From NCBI GenBank assembly GCA_963665295.1, contig OY762209.1, positions 1,952,001 to 2,016,000 of the forward strand: a DNA stretch of 64,000 nucleotides, written 5' to 3'. Source of the stretch: Syntrophorhabdaceae bacterium. GTDB taxonomy: Bacteria > Desulfobacterota > Syntrophorhabdia > Syntrophorhabdales > Syntrophorhabdaceae. Positions 18,643 through 30,200 of the stretch are shown piece by piece (within the stretch, counting starts at the first letter, position 1; every line of letters starts with the position of its first letter). The translations under genes were made by a program, and so were the position numbers. A model generated the notes under the pieces. That model searched no databases. It worked only from the letters and a program-made list of their open reading frames with translations, and was not told the origin of the DNA.

Positions 18643-20273
18643 ATCTTGAATACCTGAACCACGCCCGTGAGGTCCATGGCGAGTTCGGAGAGTCCGGAGG
18701 CAGCATGGGATATCTCTTCTGAAGACGCGAAGGTCTGTTTTGTTACCTCCGAGATGTCGTTTATGTCCCTCGTGATCGCGTCCGTGGTGGCGCTCATCTC
18801 TTCGATAGCCGCGGCAGTCTGCTGAATTCCGGAGTAGAGGCCGTCGATGCTCGCGATAATATCCTGCAAGGCCGTGTGCGCCTGGGAGGAGAATTCAACT
18901 CCTGCCGCCACATTGCGCTTTGCGCTGTCCATGGAGTCAACGGTTCTGCCCACGCCCTCCCTCATGGTGTCGATCATCCTGCCTATCTCCGTGGTTGACG
19001 CGGATGTCCTCTCAGCGAGTTTCTTCACTCCGTCGGCAACGACGGCGAAGCCCTTTCCGTGTTCACCGGCACGGGCCGCTTCGATGGCCGCATTCAGGGC
19101 AAGAAGGTTGGTCTGATCCGCAATGTCGTCTATAGTGGTGACGATCTCTCCTATCTGTCCGGACTGGTGCCCCAGGACCTTCACGAACTCGGATGCGGTT
19201 TCCACCGTCAGGGCAATCAGCTTTACCTCCTCGATGGCCTTGTCCACAATCTCCTGTCCCCCTTTGGCGATCTTCACCGTTTCCCCCGCCGATTCGGATA
19301 TCCTGTTTGAGTTCCTTGCCATGTCTTCTGTGGTCTGGTTCATCTCGGTGGAAGCTGATGCGATCTGGGCTGCCCGCTCCACCTGATTCGCCGCGCCCTC
19401 CGACAGCCTTTGCGAGGAGGCAGTCAGCTGTGTGCTTGCCGACGCCATATCGGTCGCCGAGGAAGCCACATCGGAAAGCGCCTTTTTGAGGCTCGAATTC
19501 ATGGTATCCATGGACCTGGCGAAAACGCCCATCTCATCTCCTCTCTTCACTGCATGCCCGGATACGGCTACGGAGAAATCGCCTCTTGCCATCCCGTCGA
19601 TATGGGCGGCGGAACGGGCCATGGGCACGGTAATACTGCGGGTAATAAATACGGACAGCAGGACCGCTATGCCGAGGGCCAGCATCCCGAGGAGAACAAA
19701 GACAAGACGGGCCGTGAATGCGCTCCTTTGGGCCTCTTCGAACCTGAATTGGGTCCGCTTCTCGTTATATTGCACTATGGCTTCGGCGGCTGCCATGTAA
19801 GCCTTGACCCCCTTCATGAGGCTTCCATACTGCTCCAGGGCCTCTTCGCGGTTTCCCGACATACCGAGTTCGATCACGCGGTCATTCGCTTCCTTGCCGG
19901 CCGCAACTTCTTTCTTGAGCCGGGCAATGAGGTCCTTGCCCTCCTGGTTGATTTCGAGGGCCTCAAGCCGGTCCACGGACAGTTTGTACCCAGCCCTCAG
20001 TCCGTCGATCTTCTTCCTGGTTTCCTGCTTGGCGCTCGCGTCCCGGGCCGCAACGATCTCGCCCATGAGATAGGCGATGTCCGCGAAAGAGGCCCTCATC
20101 TCATTGGCGCACTTTACCTTGGCGTTGTTCACCGTCACAATACGTTGAAGCCTGCTGCTCATGCTCCCGAGGAAAAGAATTCCCGTAACCACCATAATCA
20201 CGACCAAGGCCGCGGTGATGCCGAACCCTATGCCAAGCCTTTTGCCGATTTTCACGTCTGTAAAAAGTGTCAT
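18639..20273 (-). CDS. Methyl-accepting chemotaxis protein (four-helix sensor, HAMP, signalling domain)
   Basis: [10 protein letters not shown] start, two TM segments, [41 protein letters not shown] 20273 follows GGAGG. Confidence 0.95.
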   Translation of the reverse strand: MTLFTDVKIGKRLGIGFGITAALVVIMVVTGILFLGSMSSRLQRIVTVNNAKVKCANEMRASFADIAYLMGEIVAARDASAKQETRKKIDGLRAGYKLSVDRLEALEINQEGKDLIARLKKEVAAGKEANDRVIELGMSGNREEALEQYGSLMKGVKAYMAAAEAIVQYNEKRTQFRFEEAQRSAFTARLVFVLLGMLALGIAVLLSVFITRSITVPMARSAAHIDGMARGDFSVAVSGHAVKRGDEMGVFARSMDTMNSSLKKALSDVASSATDMASASTQLTASSQRLSEGAANQVERAAQIASASTEMNQTTEDMARNSNRISESAGETVKIAKGGQEIVDKAIEEVKLIALTVETASEFVKVLGHQSGQIGEIVTTIDDIADQTNLLALNAAIEAARAGEHGKGFAVVADGVKKLAERTSASTTEIGRMIDTMREGVGRTVDSMDSAKRNVAAGVEFSSQAHTALQDIIASIDGLYSGIQQTAAAIEEMSATTDAITRDINDISEVTKQTFASSEEISHAASGLSELAMDLTGVVQVFKI

Positions 20274-20941
20274 ATCTATTGCCTCCAATAGAATATTTGT
20301 GTCCCTGTCAGGGCGTGACCTCCGCGGGGGTATTCAACTGCCATTTCCGCAAATCACCCTGTCTTGTGCAATCAATCCCTCGAGGGGACGGGAAATTCAG
20401 GGCGTACGCCGATTCTTGAAGTGTCATAGATGGGTTTTCGAACCATCGCCCGAAACTATTAATGGATATTGATACAAGATTTGTGCGCATATACTACGTA
20501 GTTATTTTGCGTAGTATGGGACCGGAAAGGGTGTGCAGCGCCTGTGGCGATACGCCGGGTTGGCCCCGACAGGCCCGGCGGTCAAGGATGTACGCGCCGG
20601 CAAGCCGGTGCTTCAGCCGGCGTATCTCCCGGCGGCGTCCATTCTGTGGTTAATCTGATGGACCGGTGAGAAGGCGCAGGGGAAGCGATTCGGGAAATGA
20701 TTTCCGGTTGAGGAAATGATTTCCATGGGGTAAAGTGTTGAAGAGAACTCCGGATCAGTCCCCTTTTGCCACGGCGGGACCGTTCCCGGTGATTGATCAG
20801 GAAGAGGAGGTATGGCCAATGAAGGAAAGAACCCTCAAGCCATTGACGGCGGGAGCCGCCCCGGCGCCGTGCACCGCTCCGGAAGACCCATCCATGTTTT
20901 TGAACTTTACACTATCCGACGCAAAATAAGGGAGGCGTGAC

Positions 20942-21619
20942 ATGGTCAATGACGCGGGAAAGACCGGCAGGGTAACGAGGATAGGATTGTGCGTGGCTGT
21001 CGTGGTTTTCTTCGGAATTTGCCCTGCATGGGGCGCGGATGAGCCTGTCAGGCCGAAAACAGCCTCGAAAACCATGGAAACCGGCGTCCGGACGCCCGTC
21101 CTTGCGGGCATGGACACCCTCACGGCCATCTTTACCCGGCACAGTATCCGTAAGTACACGGACCAACCGGTTTCGGAGGAGACCGTGAAAACACTCCTTC
21201 GGGCCGCAATGGCCGCTCCGTCGGCAAGAAACGAACAGTCCTGGGAGTTTATCGTGATAAGGGATAAGAACATCCTCAAGCAGTTCCCCGACTTCAGTCC
21301 CTTCGCGGCCCACGTCCCCGGCGCTCAGGCGGCCATCGTGGTACTGGGCAACAAGAAGCTGGAGGCAGTGCCGGGCCTTTGGGTCCCGGACTGTTCAAAC
21401 GCAACGATGAATATCCTCCTGGCGGCCCACTCCATGGGTCTCGGGGCGGTGTGGACGACCCTTTATCCCTATGAAGAACGGATGGCGGGGGCGCGGAAGC
21501 TCCTCAATCTCCCCGACCACATCGTGCCCCTCACAGTCGTGCCCATCGGCTACCCGGCCGAGAAGAAGCCGGAAACGGACAGGTTCAATCCGGCAAAGAT
21601 CCACATGGAACGATGGTAG
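20942..21619 (+). CDS. Nitroreductase family flavoprotein with signal-peptide-like N-terminal extension
   Basis: RHSIRKY, AMAAPSARNEQSWEF, NILLAAHSMGLGAVW, IGYP; GGAGG RBS before ATG 20942. Confidence 0.88.
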   Translation: MVNDAGKTGRVTRIGLCVAVVVFFGICPAWGADEPVRPKTASKTMETGVRTPVLAGMDTLTAIFTRHSIRKYTDQPVSEETVKTLLRAAMAAPSARNEQSWEFIVIRDKNILKQFPDFSPFAAHVPGAQAAIVVLGNKKLEAVPGLWVPDCSNATMNILLAAHSMGLGAVWTTLYPYEERMAGARKLLNLPDHIVPLTVVPIGYPAEKKPETDRFNPAKIHMERW

Positions 21620-21697
21620 GCAAGGGAGGCCTGCTCCATGGCGGTCGTAACCGTCGGCGGCCACAGGACGGAAACATGTCGTTGAGGGAGGACTGAA

Positions 21698-22603
21698 ATG
21701 CGTATTTTCAACAGGTTGCAAAGACCGGGGGATAAACCGGGAGGCCCCGTGCACGGCGTCGCGCTTTGTCTCGTCCCGTTGATGCTGGCCGCTGTTCTGA
21801 CCCTTGCCGGTTGCGCCGGTCCGAAGGGTCCCGCCTCGCGGGTCGTGACCCCGGAAACAAGTCCCGGGATAGCCGCGGGCTTTGTGCCGCCTTCCACGTT
21901 GCCCGACAGTCTCGCCCTGCTTCCTCCCCCACCCCCGCCCGGTTCAGCCGCCTTTGCGGCGGACGAAGAAACGTACCGGCTAACGCGGGCCTTCAGAAAC
22001 ACGCCGCGCTGGGCCCTCGCGGCAAAGGACGGGGACCTTTCTTTTCCGGAAGTCATGGAGACCTTCTCCTGTGCCCTTGACACGCGGGTTACGGAGCAGT
22101 CGGCGCCCCATCTTTACCGCCTCATGCGCCGGACCCGGACCGACGCGGCCATCAGCAGGCAAAAGGCAAAGGGGCATTACCGTCGTGTCCGTCCCTTCGT
22201 GGTCTATAAGGAGGCGAGTTGCACGCCCCGGGACGAAGCCCGGCTCAGGCAGAGCGGTTCGTACCCTTCAGGCCATAGCACGATCGGCTGGACCTGGACC
22301 CTGATCCTCGCGGAGATTGCCCCTGACCGCACGGATGCCATCCTCACGAGAGGTTACGCTTTCGGCCAAAGCCGCGTTATCTGCGGTGTTCACTGGCAAA
22401 GCGATGTGGAGGCGGGTCGCACCCTCGCCTCCGGTGTGGTGGCGCGACTGCACGGCGATGCAACGTTTCGCGCAGAACTCCTTGCCGCGGCGGACGAGGT
22501 AGCCGCTGCCCGCGCAGAGGGCATCAAGCCCGCGCGGGACTGCAAGGCGGAAGAAGCGGTGCTCGCCGGCCCGCTTCCCCCCGGCACAGGGACAAGCCCC
22601 TGA
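21698..22603 (+). CDS. Class A non-specific acid phosphatase (PAP2, PhoN/PhoC-like) lipoprotein
   Basis: Lipobox LAGC; K-x6-RP, SYPSGH and SRVICGVHWQSDV motifs. Confidence 0.92.
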   Translation: MRIFNRLQRPGDKPGGPVHGVALCLVPLMLAAVLTLAGCAGPKGPASRVVTPETSPGIAAGFVPPSTLPDSLALLPPPPPPGSAAFAADEETYRLTRAFRNTPRWALAAKDGDLSFPEVMETFSCALDTRVTEQSAPHLYRLMRRTRTDAAISRQKAKGHYRRVRPFVVYKEASCTPRDEARLRQSGSYPSGHSTIGWTWTLILAEIAPDRTDAILTRGYAFGQSRVICGVHWQSDVEAGRTLASGVVARLHGDATFRAELLAAADEVAAARAEGIKPARDCKAEEAVLAGPLPPGTGTSP

Positions 22604-22813
22604 TGGGTGAGGGTTGAGAAGGCGCTCCTTATGTCCTGCGTGACCCGGAATAATCCGACGGGAGGGAAGGGCCCTACCGGACCGCCTTTTCCCCGCCCTG
22701 ATTCGGTTGGCATCTTTTTCTAATAGGTGGTATGCTTATTTTGTCAGGCAAAGAGGAAGTTCCTGTTGCCCCATCGCGGGGCATGGGACGGGCGAAAAGC
22801 TGAGGTGAAAGAA

Positions 22814-24493
22814 ATGCTGATCGGCATCGATGTTGGCGGCACATATACGGATGGGGTGCTCTTTTCAGACGGATCGGTGGTATACAGCGTCAAGCGCCCC
22901 ACAGACGAAAGCGATCTGGAGGCGACCATCCTCGGGGTCCTTGATGGCCTTCTCGTCCATGGGAAAGCGGAAGATATCAAGAGGGTCGTTTTGAGCACCA
23001 CCCTGGTGACCAATCTTCTGGCCACGGGGCGGGGAGAGCGGACAGCGCTCCTGCTCCTGCCCGGAAGCGGGCTCCCCCTTTCCTCCTACCACATCGCTCC
23101 CGACACTTATTTCCTGAAAGGCAGCATCGATTTCCGCGGCAGGGAGCTTGAAGCACCGGACAGGAAAGAGATCAAAAGGGCCCTTGAAAAGATCGAAAAG
23201 GCAGGCATAGAACGGGTGGCCGTAGCGGGGAAGTTCTCCAACCGCAACGACCGCCACGAGACGCTCATCAAGGAAATGGTCCGGGCACGCTACCCCCGCA
23301 TGGACGTATGCACGAGTAACGAGATTTCCGGGCGTCTCAATTTTCCGCGCCGCGCCGTGACCTGTTATTACACGGCCATGACCATGAGGGAATGGGACCG
23401 GTTTGCGGATGAGATCGAGGCTGCCGTACATGCCCGGATACCGGGTTGCCCCCTTTATATCATGAAGGCCGACGGCGGCGCCACCACCCTGGAGGCGAGC
23501 CGGAGAAGACCCTGTGAGACGGTCTTTTCGGGTCCTGCGGCAAGCACCATGGGCGCCGTGGCGCTGACCCGGGAGACTGTGAACTCCGTGGTGGTCGATA
23601 TGGGCGGCACGACCTCGGACATCTGTCTTCTCGTTGACGGGCAACCCCTGTATGCGTCGCGGGGGGCGGTAATCGGGGGGCATCTGACCCACATCAATTC
23701 CTTCGCCGTCAAATCCATAGCCCTGGGCGGCGACAGTGCCGTGAGCGGCGATTCAGGGGAACTCCGGATAGGACCGGAACGCTTCGGCGCCGCAGCCTGT
23801 TTCGGAGGCGGGACCCCCAGCGTAACGGACGCATTCAATGTTCTCCTGGCCCTCAATATCGGAGATGCAGCGGCTTCCCGGGTAAAACTGGAAGCCGTGG
23901 CGGAGCAACTCGGCATGTCCCTCGAAGACCTTTGCCGGAAGGTTGCGGACCGGGTGATCAGTGAATTGAAGGAGAGTGTTGTTGCCATGTTCGGCCAGTG
24001 GGAGAATGAACCTGCGTACAAGGTCTGGGAAGTGGTGAACCGGAAGAAGTTTGTTCTCCACAGGGTGATCGGCATCGGGGCCGCGGCCCCTGCGGTGATC
24101 CCCATGCTCGCCGAAGAGTTGAAGGTCCCCCATTTCCTCCACCGGTATTCGCCCGTTGCCAATGCCCTGGGCGCGGCCCTTGCCCGGCCCACCCTCGCGG
24201 TGGAGGTCCACGTGGATACCCAGAACCGGGCTTATACGGTGTCGCCGGGCGGATTCAGCGGCACGGTCGATGAGCCCAACTACCAGTTGAAGGACGCCCA
24301 GCAACTGGCCATGCGTTTTCTCAAGGAGATAAGCCGCGAGAGGGGCCTTCTCGATTATGCCGACGAAGCCCACTACTACCTGCAGGAGCAGTTCAATGTG
24401 ATCCGGGGTTTTGAGAGAGTCGGAAAGCTCTTCGATGTGGGGATACAGATTGTGCCCGGATTTATCCATGAATTCAAGGGGGTGACGGAGTGA
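22814..24493 (+). CDS. Hydantoinase/oxoprolinase family protein
   Basis: IGIDVGGTYTD, STTLVTN, SGPAAS, DMGGTTSD, GGDS, ANALGAA; start set at ATG 22814. Confidence 0.9.
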   Translation: MLIGIDVGGTYTDGVLFSDGSVVYSVKRPTDESDLEATILGVLDGLLVHGKAEDIKRVVLSTTLVTNLLATGRGERTALLLLPGSGLPLSSYHIAPDTYFLKGSIDFRGRELEAPDRKEIKRALEKIEKAGIERVAVAGKFSNRNDRHETLIKEMVRARYPRMDVCTSNEISGRLNFPRRAVTCYYTAMTMREWDRFADEIEAAVHARIPGCPLYIMKADGGATTLEASRRRPCETVFSGPAASTMGAVALTRETVNSVVVDMGGTTSDICLLVDGQPLYASRGAVIGGHLTHINSFAVKSIALGGDSAVSGDSGELRIGPERFGAAACFGGGTPSVTDAFNVLLALNIGDAAASRVKLEAVAEQLGMSLEDLCRKVADRVISELKESVVAMFGQWENEPAYKVWEVVNRKKFVLHRVIGIGAAAPAVIPMLAEELKVPHFLHRYSPVANALGAALARPTLAVEVHVDTQNRAYTVSPGGFSGTVDEPNYQLKDAQQLAMRFLKEISRERGLLDYADEAHYYLQEQFNVIRGFERVGKLFDVGIQIVPGFIHEFKGVTE

Positions 24494-25836
24494 AACCGAC
24501 GGGTGTTCTTTTCTTTCCGGCCTTTGACTGGGCTATCAGCCCCACCCATCCCGAGAGGGAGGAGAGACTTCTCTATACCCGGGACCAGTTGTTCGAAGAG
24601 GGGATCATGGACATGCCCCAGATAAGGGAATACCATCCCCGCCTTGCCACGGCCAAAGAGATATCGAGGGTGCACTTCGCGGTGCCCAATGTGAAAGAGC
24701 GCGTCACCGAGGCCCACCTGGTTTCCGCGGGTTCGGCCCTTGTGATGGCCGACGCTTTCATGCGGAAAGAGGTGCGGAACGCCTTTGCCATTATAAGACC
24801 TCCGGGCCATCATGCCATGACCGTGACCCATGGCAACCGGGGTTTTTGCGACATCAACAACGAGGCCGTCATGGTGGAATACCTGCGCCGGGTTTACGGC
24901 GTCAAGCGTCTGGCCATCGTGGACACAGACGTGCACCACGGCGACGGCACCCAGGAGATATTCTGGCATGACCCCGATGTGCTCTTTATTTCGTTCCACC
25001 AGGACGGGCGCACCCTCTATCCCGGGTCCGGCTTCATCAACGAGCTTGGCGGCCCCCTCGCCTACGGCGCCACCATTAACGTGCCCCTGGCCCCGCAGAC
25101 GACGGACGTGGGCATCCACTACATAATCGATAACCTCGTGCTGCCTGTGCTCGAGGAATTCAAGCCCGAGATGGTAATCAACTCGGCGGGACAGGACAAC
25201 CATTACAGCGACCCCCTTGCCGACATGAGTTTCACGGCCCAGGGATATGCCATCCTCAACCGGAAACTGCGGCCTGATATCGCGGTACTGGAAGGAGGGT
25301 ATTCCGTGGAAACCGCCCTGCCTTATATTAACATGGGCATCATCATGGCCATGGCGGGAATCGATTTTTCCAACCTTCGTGAACCTGATTATGATCCTGC
25401 CCGGTTCGTCGAATCTCCCGACAACATGAACTATATCAGGGGACTCGTGGAAAAACAACTCGCCAACTTCCGCGGAAGGGAGGCGGTGGTGGAGGAGAAC
25501 CGCAGGAAAGGCGGCGACTTTATGTCCACGAAGCAGAGCATCTTCTATGATACCGACTACCTCCGGGAGGAGCAGCGCGTGGATGTGAGGATATGCAAGG
25601 ATTGTTGCGGTTACCGGCGCATCGCGTCATCAGCCGGCCAGCGGTCCGGCCGCCATTACTCGGTGTTCTGCATTTCCCTGCCTCAGGCATGCTGTCCGGA
25701 TTGTACTGCCCGGGCCCGGACCGACTATGAGGATATGAAGATCGGGGGGAAATACGACTACGTCTACCTGCAGGACCGGGTGGAAGACGAGTTTCGCACC
25801 TTCGACAACAAGACCGGAGAGGAGACCGTTCTGTAA
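24490..25836 (+). CDS. Histone deacetylase family amidohydrolase with Cys-rich C-terminal domain
   Basis: HPE, RPPGHHA, GFC, DTDVHHGDGT, SAGQD, LEGGY; GTGA overlap with the upstream gene. Confidence 0.92.
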   Translation: MKPTGVLFFPAFDWAISPTHPEREERLLYTRDQLFEEGIMDMPQIREYHPRLATAKEISRVHFAVPNVKERVTEAHLVSAGSALVMADAFMRKEVRNAFAIIRPPGHHAMTVTHGNRGFCDINNEAVMVEYLRRVYGVKRLAIVDTDVHHGDGTQEIFWHDPDVLFISFHQDGRTLYPGSGFINELGGPLAYGATINVPLAPQTTDVGIHYIIDNLVLPVLEEFKPEMVINSAGQDNHYSDPLADMSFTAQGYAILNRKLRPDIAVLEGGYSVETALPYINMGIIMAMAGIDFSNLREPDYDPARFVESPDNMNYIRGLVEKQLANFRGREAVVEENRRKGGDFMSTKQSIFYDTDYLREEQRVDVRICKDCCGYRRIASSAGQRSGRHYSVFCISLPQACCPDCTARARTDYEDMKIGGKYDYVYLQDRVEDEFRTFDNKTGEETVL

Positions 25837-25861
25837 TAAGGGAATGGACCGACCCCGCGTC

Positions 25862-27262
25862 TCAAGGACCGGTAGGTTTCCTGCCGGGTCCGGACGTCTC
25901 AGGGGGCGGCTGAATATCCTTCACGAGTATCTCCTCCACGCAATACCCCGTGGACCGGGAAATGTCCCCCAAACCGGCGGAAACCCCGTCCTTCTCCCTG
26001 AAACGCCTGGGAAGGGTGAGCATCTTGTCCTTCTCGTCGAAGGCGTCAAAAAAATCCCTTAACCCGAGGTGCTCCACGGACCTTGCCGGTTGAAAGGCGA
26101 TACCCCCGGACTTGCTTCCACCCCACGTCACTTCGGCCACGAGTCCTGCCCCGATCAGGCGTCTCAAGAGGCTTTCCACGAGGTCGATGGGCGCTTCGAT
26201 GGCCCGCGCGATGGCCTCCGCCGAGGGCGCCTCTTCCCCAAGGGAGAAATTCCGGACCAGAAATTGAAAGATCCTGAGGGCTATGAGTCTAAGGGAAGCT
26301 TCGCCCAGACGGGTGTAATCGGGATGAAAACCGAAGCTCTCGAAACATCGGTCCGCCCGGGCGAGTTCGGCCCCGAAGAGGACGATCATCCAGCTCATCT
26401 GCAGCCATCCCAGGAAGAGGGGCAGGGCGGCAAAACTTCCATAGATTGCGCCGTAGCTCGCCACCCCTATCTGAAACTTGATATAGACCCATTGGACAAG
26501 CTGGAACAGGGTGCCCGCCGCCATCCCGCCCACCACGGCGGACCGGACCGGGACCCTCGTGTTGGGCATGACGAGGTAGAGCATGATGAGGAGGGCCCAC
26601 ATGGAAACATAGGGCAGGAGCCCGATGAAGCCGAAGACGATGAAGTCGATCTGTCCCAGGCCCGCATGGGACCCCACGATGACTTTGAGCTTGCTCGCGA
26701 TTACCACGGTGATACTCCCTGATACGGCCAGAAGGAGAGGGGCCAGGACGACCATGGTAATGTAATCGCTGAACTTCCTTGTAAGCTTCCGGGCCTCCGG
26801 CACTTCCCAGATGAAGTTGAAGGATTCCTCGATCCTTCCCAGGATGGAGACGACGGTATAGAGGAGCAATATGACCGCGAGGCCCGCGATCAGCCCGCCT
26901 TTTGCCTCCTCCAGGAGGGAATGGGAAAAACCGATGATCCGGTTTACGATGTCGCCCTGCCACCCGGCTTCCCGGGCCATGTCGAGGATACGCTGCTCCA
27001 CCATCTTTTCAAGGCCGAAACCCTTGGCAATGGCGAAGGCGACGGCGGCAAGGGGCACGATATTGAGTACCGAATAATAGGTAAGGACCGCCGCGGACTT
27101 CTGACAGCCGTCCTTCACGAACCCCCGGGCTGCAAGGACAAGGATACGGAGACACTTGAGCGGGACGGCCCTGGTCCGGGGCAGGCCTTTAAACCCTGCT
27201 TCCCATATGTCCGTCTCCACAAAGCGAAGAATCCGGGAACCCAGCCCTTTGCCCTTCACCAT
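25862..27262 (-). CDS. YihY/BrkB family membrane protein with C-terminal HTH-like extension
   Basis: AAVLTYYSVL..VP, IEESFNFIW, MPNTRV, YGAIYGSFAALP.FL.W..MSW.IVLFGAE. Confidence 0.88.
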   Translation of the reverse strand: MVKGKGLGSRILRFVETDIWEAGFKGLPRTRAVPLKCLRILVLAARGFVKDGCQKSAAVLTYYSVLNIVPLAAVAFAIAKGFGLEKMVEQRILDMAREAGWQGDIVNRIIGFSHSLLEEAKGGLIAGLAVILLLYTVVSILGRIEESFNFIWEVPEARKLTRKFSDYITMVVLAPLLLAVSGSITVVIASKLKVIVGSHAGLGQIDFIVFGFIGLLPYVSMWALLIMLYLVMPNTRVPVRSAVVGGMAAGTLFQLVQWVYIKFQIGVASYGAIYGSFAALPLFLGWLQMSWMIVLFGAELARADRCFESFGFHPDYTRLGEASLRLIALRIFQFLVRNFSLGEEAPSAEAIARAIEAPIDLVESLLRRLIGAGLVAEVTWGGSKSGGIAFQPARSVEHLGLRDFFDAFDEKDKMLTLPRRFREKDGVSAGLGDISRSTGYCVEEILVKDIQPPPETSGPGRKPTGP

Positions 27263-27277
27263 TCCTGTCGGCCCGCC

Positions 27278-30200
27278 TTATTTCAGCCTGAAATCGACCC
27301 GGCTGTCGCTCAATTTGTCTTTCTTCTCAGGAGTGAGACTCTTTGGCTCTACCACAAAGACCCTGTCCCCCGTAACCTTTTGTCCGGCCAGGATTGCGTC
27401 CTTAATATGGGCGGCCCGGTTCATGGCCAGGGTCCGCAAGTCCTCGTCGGTGACCGTTATGTGGGTCAACATCAGTTTTTCCATCTCCGGTACGGGGAGG
27501 CCCTTCTGAAGACCGAGCACATTCTTCGGCTTCTCGAACTTCTCCGCCTTGTACGCGAGGGTCAGGTACTTTTCGTATTCCAGGGGCTCGATCTTCACCT
27601 CATCAACGGACGTGGCGGGCATGCCCTTCTTTACCATGTCGTTCAGCTTACGGGCCCTTATCTTCTTGTTGAAGAGGTACGTTCTGAGGGCGTCTTTGTC
27701 TCTGTCCACATTTACGTGCCCCTCGATGTCGAGTTTCAGGGCGGGCCTTTCATAGAGGGCCTTCACAAGAGTGTCGATCTTCTTCGTAGCCGCCTGGTTC
27801 AACCGGTCGCTGCCGTAATCGAACTCCACGTAACTCAGTTCCTCACCGCCTCCGAAGAGGGAGCCGAGGAGGGCAAAGGGGGCCATGGCGGCCTTGGTGA
27901 TGAGGTTTACAATGACCTTGATGACGATCCTGAAAACACTGAACTGGGGGTCGTCGAGGCTCCCGGAAACAGGGACGTCGAGATTGATCTGCCCCTTCCG
28001 GTCCTTGAGGAGTGCAATGGCGAGTTTCAAGGGCAGTTTTATCGCATCGGGACTGTCAACCTTGTCGCCGAGAGTCAACTGGTCGATGAGGATGCCGTTC
28101 TGGGACTCAAGTTTTCTCTTCTCGATCAGGTACTTCAAATCCATGGAGAGGCTTCCCTTTTCGATCTTGTACCCTATGTATTTTCCCGAATAAGGGGTGA
28201 GGGGACTTAGATCGAAATCCTTGAACCTCATTTCGAGGTCGGTAAAGAGGTTGTTCCTTGCCGGGTTGATCTTTCCCACGATCACGAGGGGCACATGGTG
28301 GTCTATGTTGCCGCGAAGCTCGACATCGGCCCGTTTGTCCAGGTTAAGGGAGAAACCACCTATGCGGCCCGCAATCTCCGTGAGGTTCACCGAGTAGGCG
28401 GGCTTTATGAACCTGTCCTTGAAATCGATGGTCCCACCCTGGAGGGTGATGCTTCCGATGGTTATGTCCCGGGCAGGATCGATACCTGTCTTCGAGGGGG
28501 CGCTATCCGCAGTTTTCCCTTTTTCGACCGCAGCCTCTTTGCCGCCTGCCGCCGGTCCCTTCTCCCCGGGCTCTTCGGGCTCTTCCTTGACCACCCTTTG
28601 GAGGCTGAGCGTGCCGTCGGGGTTTACCGCGACCCTCGCATAGAAATCCGCGATAGAGACTCCGCCCACATTTGCGTAGAGGGGGTTGTGCCCCGCATCG
28701 ACCGTGCTCAGGGAAAGGGCCTTCCATTTGAGGAAGTCATCGCCATCCTCCTTGTCAACGGACGCGAAATCGGCAACGAGAATATTGCCCGTGAATTTTG
28801 TGGTGAGTCCGCCTTTGTCCGTCATGGCGAGTTTCATGGCACCCTTCGTGTTTACGTTCCCGCTCGTGGTATTGATCCGCACCTTGTCGGTGAAGTAAGG
28901 TTGGAACTCCCTGATGCCTATGGTCTTGAGGTCCACGGCGAGGTCGGCGGAGACGGGGTCTATGCTTACGGGGCCCTTGAGAGAAACGGTCCCGGTCTTA
29001 TTGAGGCGTAGGGAAAGGGAGAGGTCGCTCTTGTTGCCTTTGGCTGTTGACAGGTTCGTAATCCCCAGGTTGAGGTCGGTAACCTGCAATGCTACGGGCT
29101 GGGACGCGGCCTGATCCGAAAAGGCAACCTTCGCCCCTTCGATGGCGAGTTCATCGATTATGGCGTTAAAGGGCGTATCCGAGGTCGTCGCCTCCCTCTT
29201 CCCGGCCTTTCCGGCGCGGGGCTTCTCCTCCTTCACGGTTTTTCCGGCGCGAGGTTCCTCTTTCTTGCCTCCGGACATGAGGGACGCCAGGTCGATATTG
29301 CCGTCCTTGTCGCGTTTCATCCTGATATCCGGTTCTTTGAGGGTAACCTTCGACAGGCGTACCGACTTGAGGAGCGGTTCGAGGGAAGCGATGACAACGC
29401 CCATGGAAGGCAGACGGATCAGGGGCTTCCCGTCTTTGCTGTCGAGGACGATGTCGGAGAGGGCCACTTCTCCGGTTACAGCGAGGGAGGGCGGCTTATC
29501 CACAGGCCGTACAAAAGATATCCTCGATTTGAGGTCCATCATCCCCGAACGGAGGATGAAATTTGCTTCCGCGGGGAGGTAGGCGGTATACCGGGTAAAA
29601 TCCATGCCTTTAATGTTGACGTCGAGGTATGACTCCAGGGGCTCGGCAAAGGGTTTGGTCTTCCCCCGCAATTCGTAGGGATTGCCGTTTATGTCCGCCG
29701 AAAACGAGGGTTCCACGTATATCTTTGTCAGGTAAGGAATATTGGAAATGAAGGGCACCCCGATATTCATTTCCTTTATCCTGTGCTGGACCTTCTTCGG
29801 CCCGTCCCAGAAATCTATGCTTCCTCCGGAAATCACGATATTGTTGAGGCAAAAAAGCAGGGGTTTTTGGTCCTTCGGGGCTTTGGGTTTCTCTTTCTCC
29901 TGCTTTGCCGGGATGTCCGAAAAGTTAAATGACCCGTCCCCGTTGCGGATAACCCGGACGTAAGGCCTGGTGAGTCGCAGGTCCGTAATGATTATGGCCC
30001 TCTTGAAAACGGAGTCCATACTTGCCCGTACGTACAACCCCTCCAAAGACACAAACATTTCCTTGTTTCCCACATCCCGGATGGCGAGGCCCTTCATGGC
30101 AATGGAGAGGGCGTAAGGATTCACTTTTATCTGTTGTATCGAGACCTGGCGGTTGAGGTTCTGTGAGAGCTTCTTGACGAGGACCGCTTTGATCACGGGA

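Noticed and set aside
20290..20460. c-di-GMP riboswitch upstream of the MCP
   Set aside because: The GEMM core (GGCAAA..GAAA..CGCAAAGC) was not found.
20812..20940. Small ORFs after an AGGAGG
   Set aside because: Two competing frames with no motifs; coding status cannot be supported.
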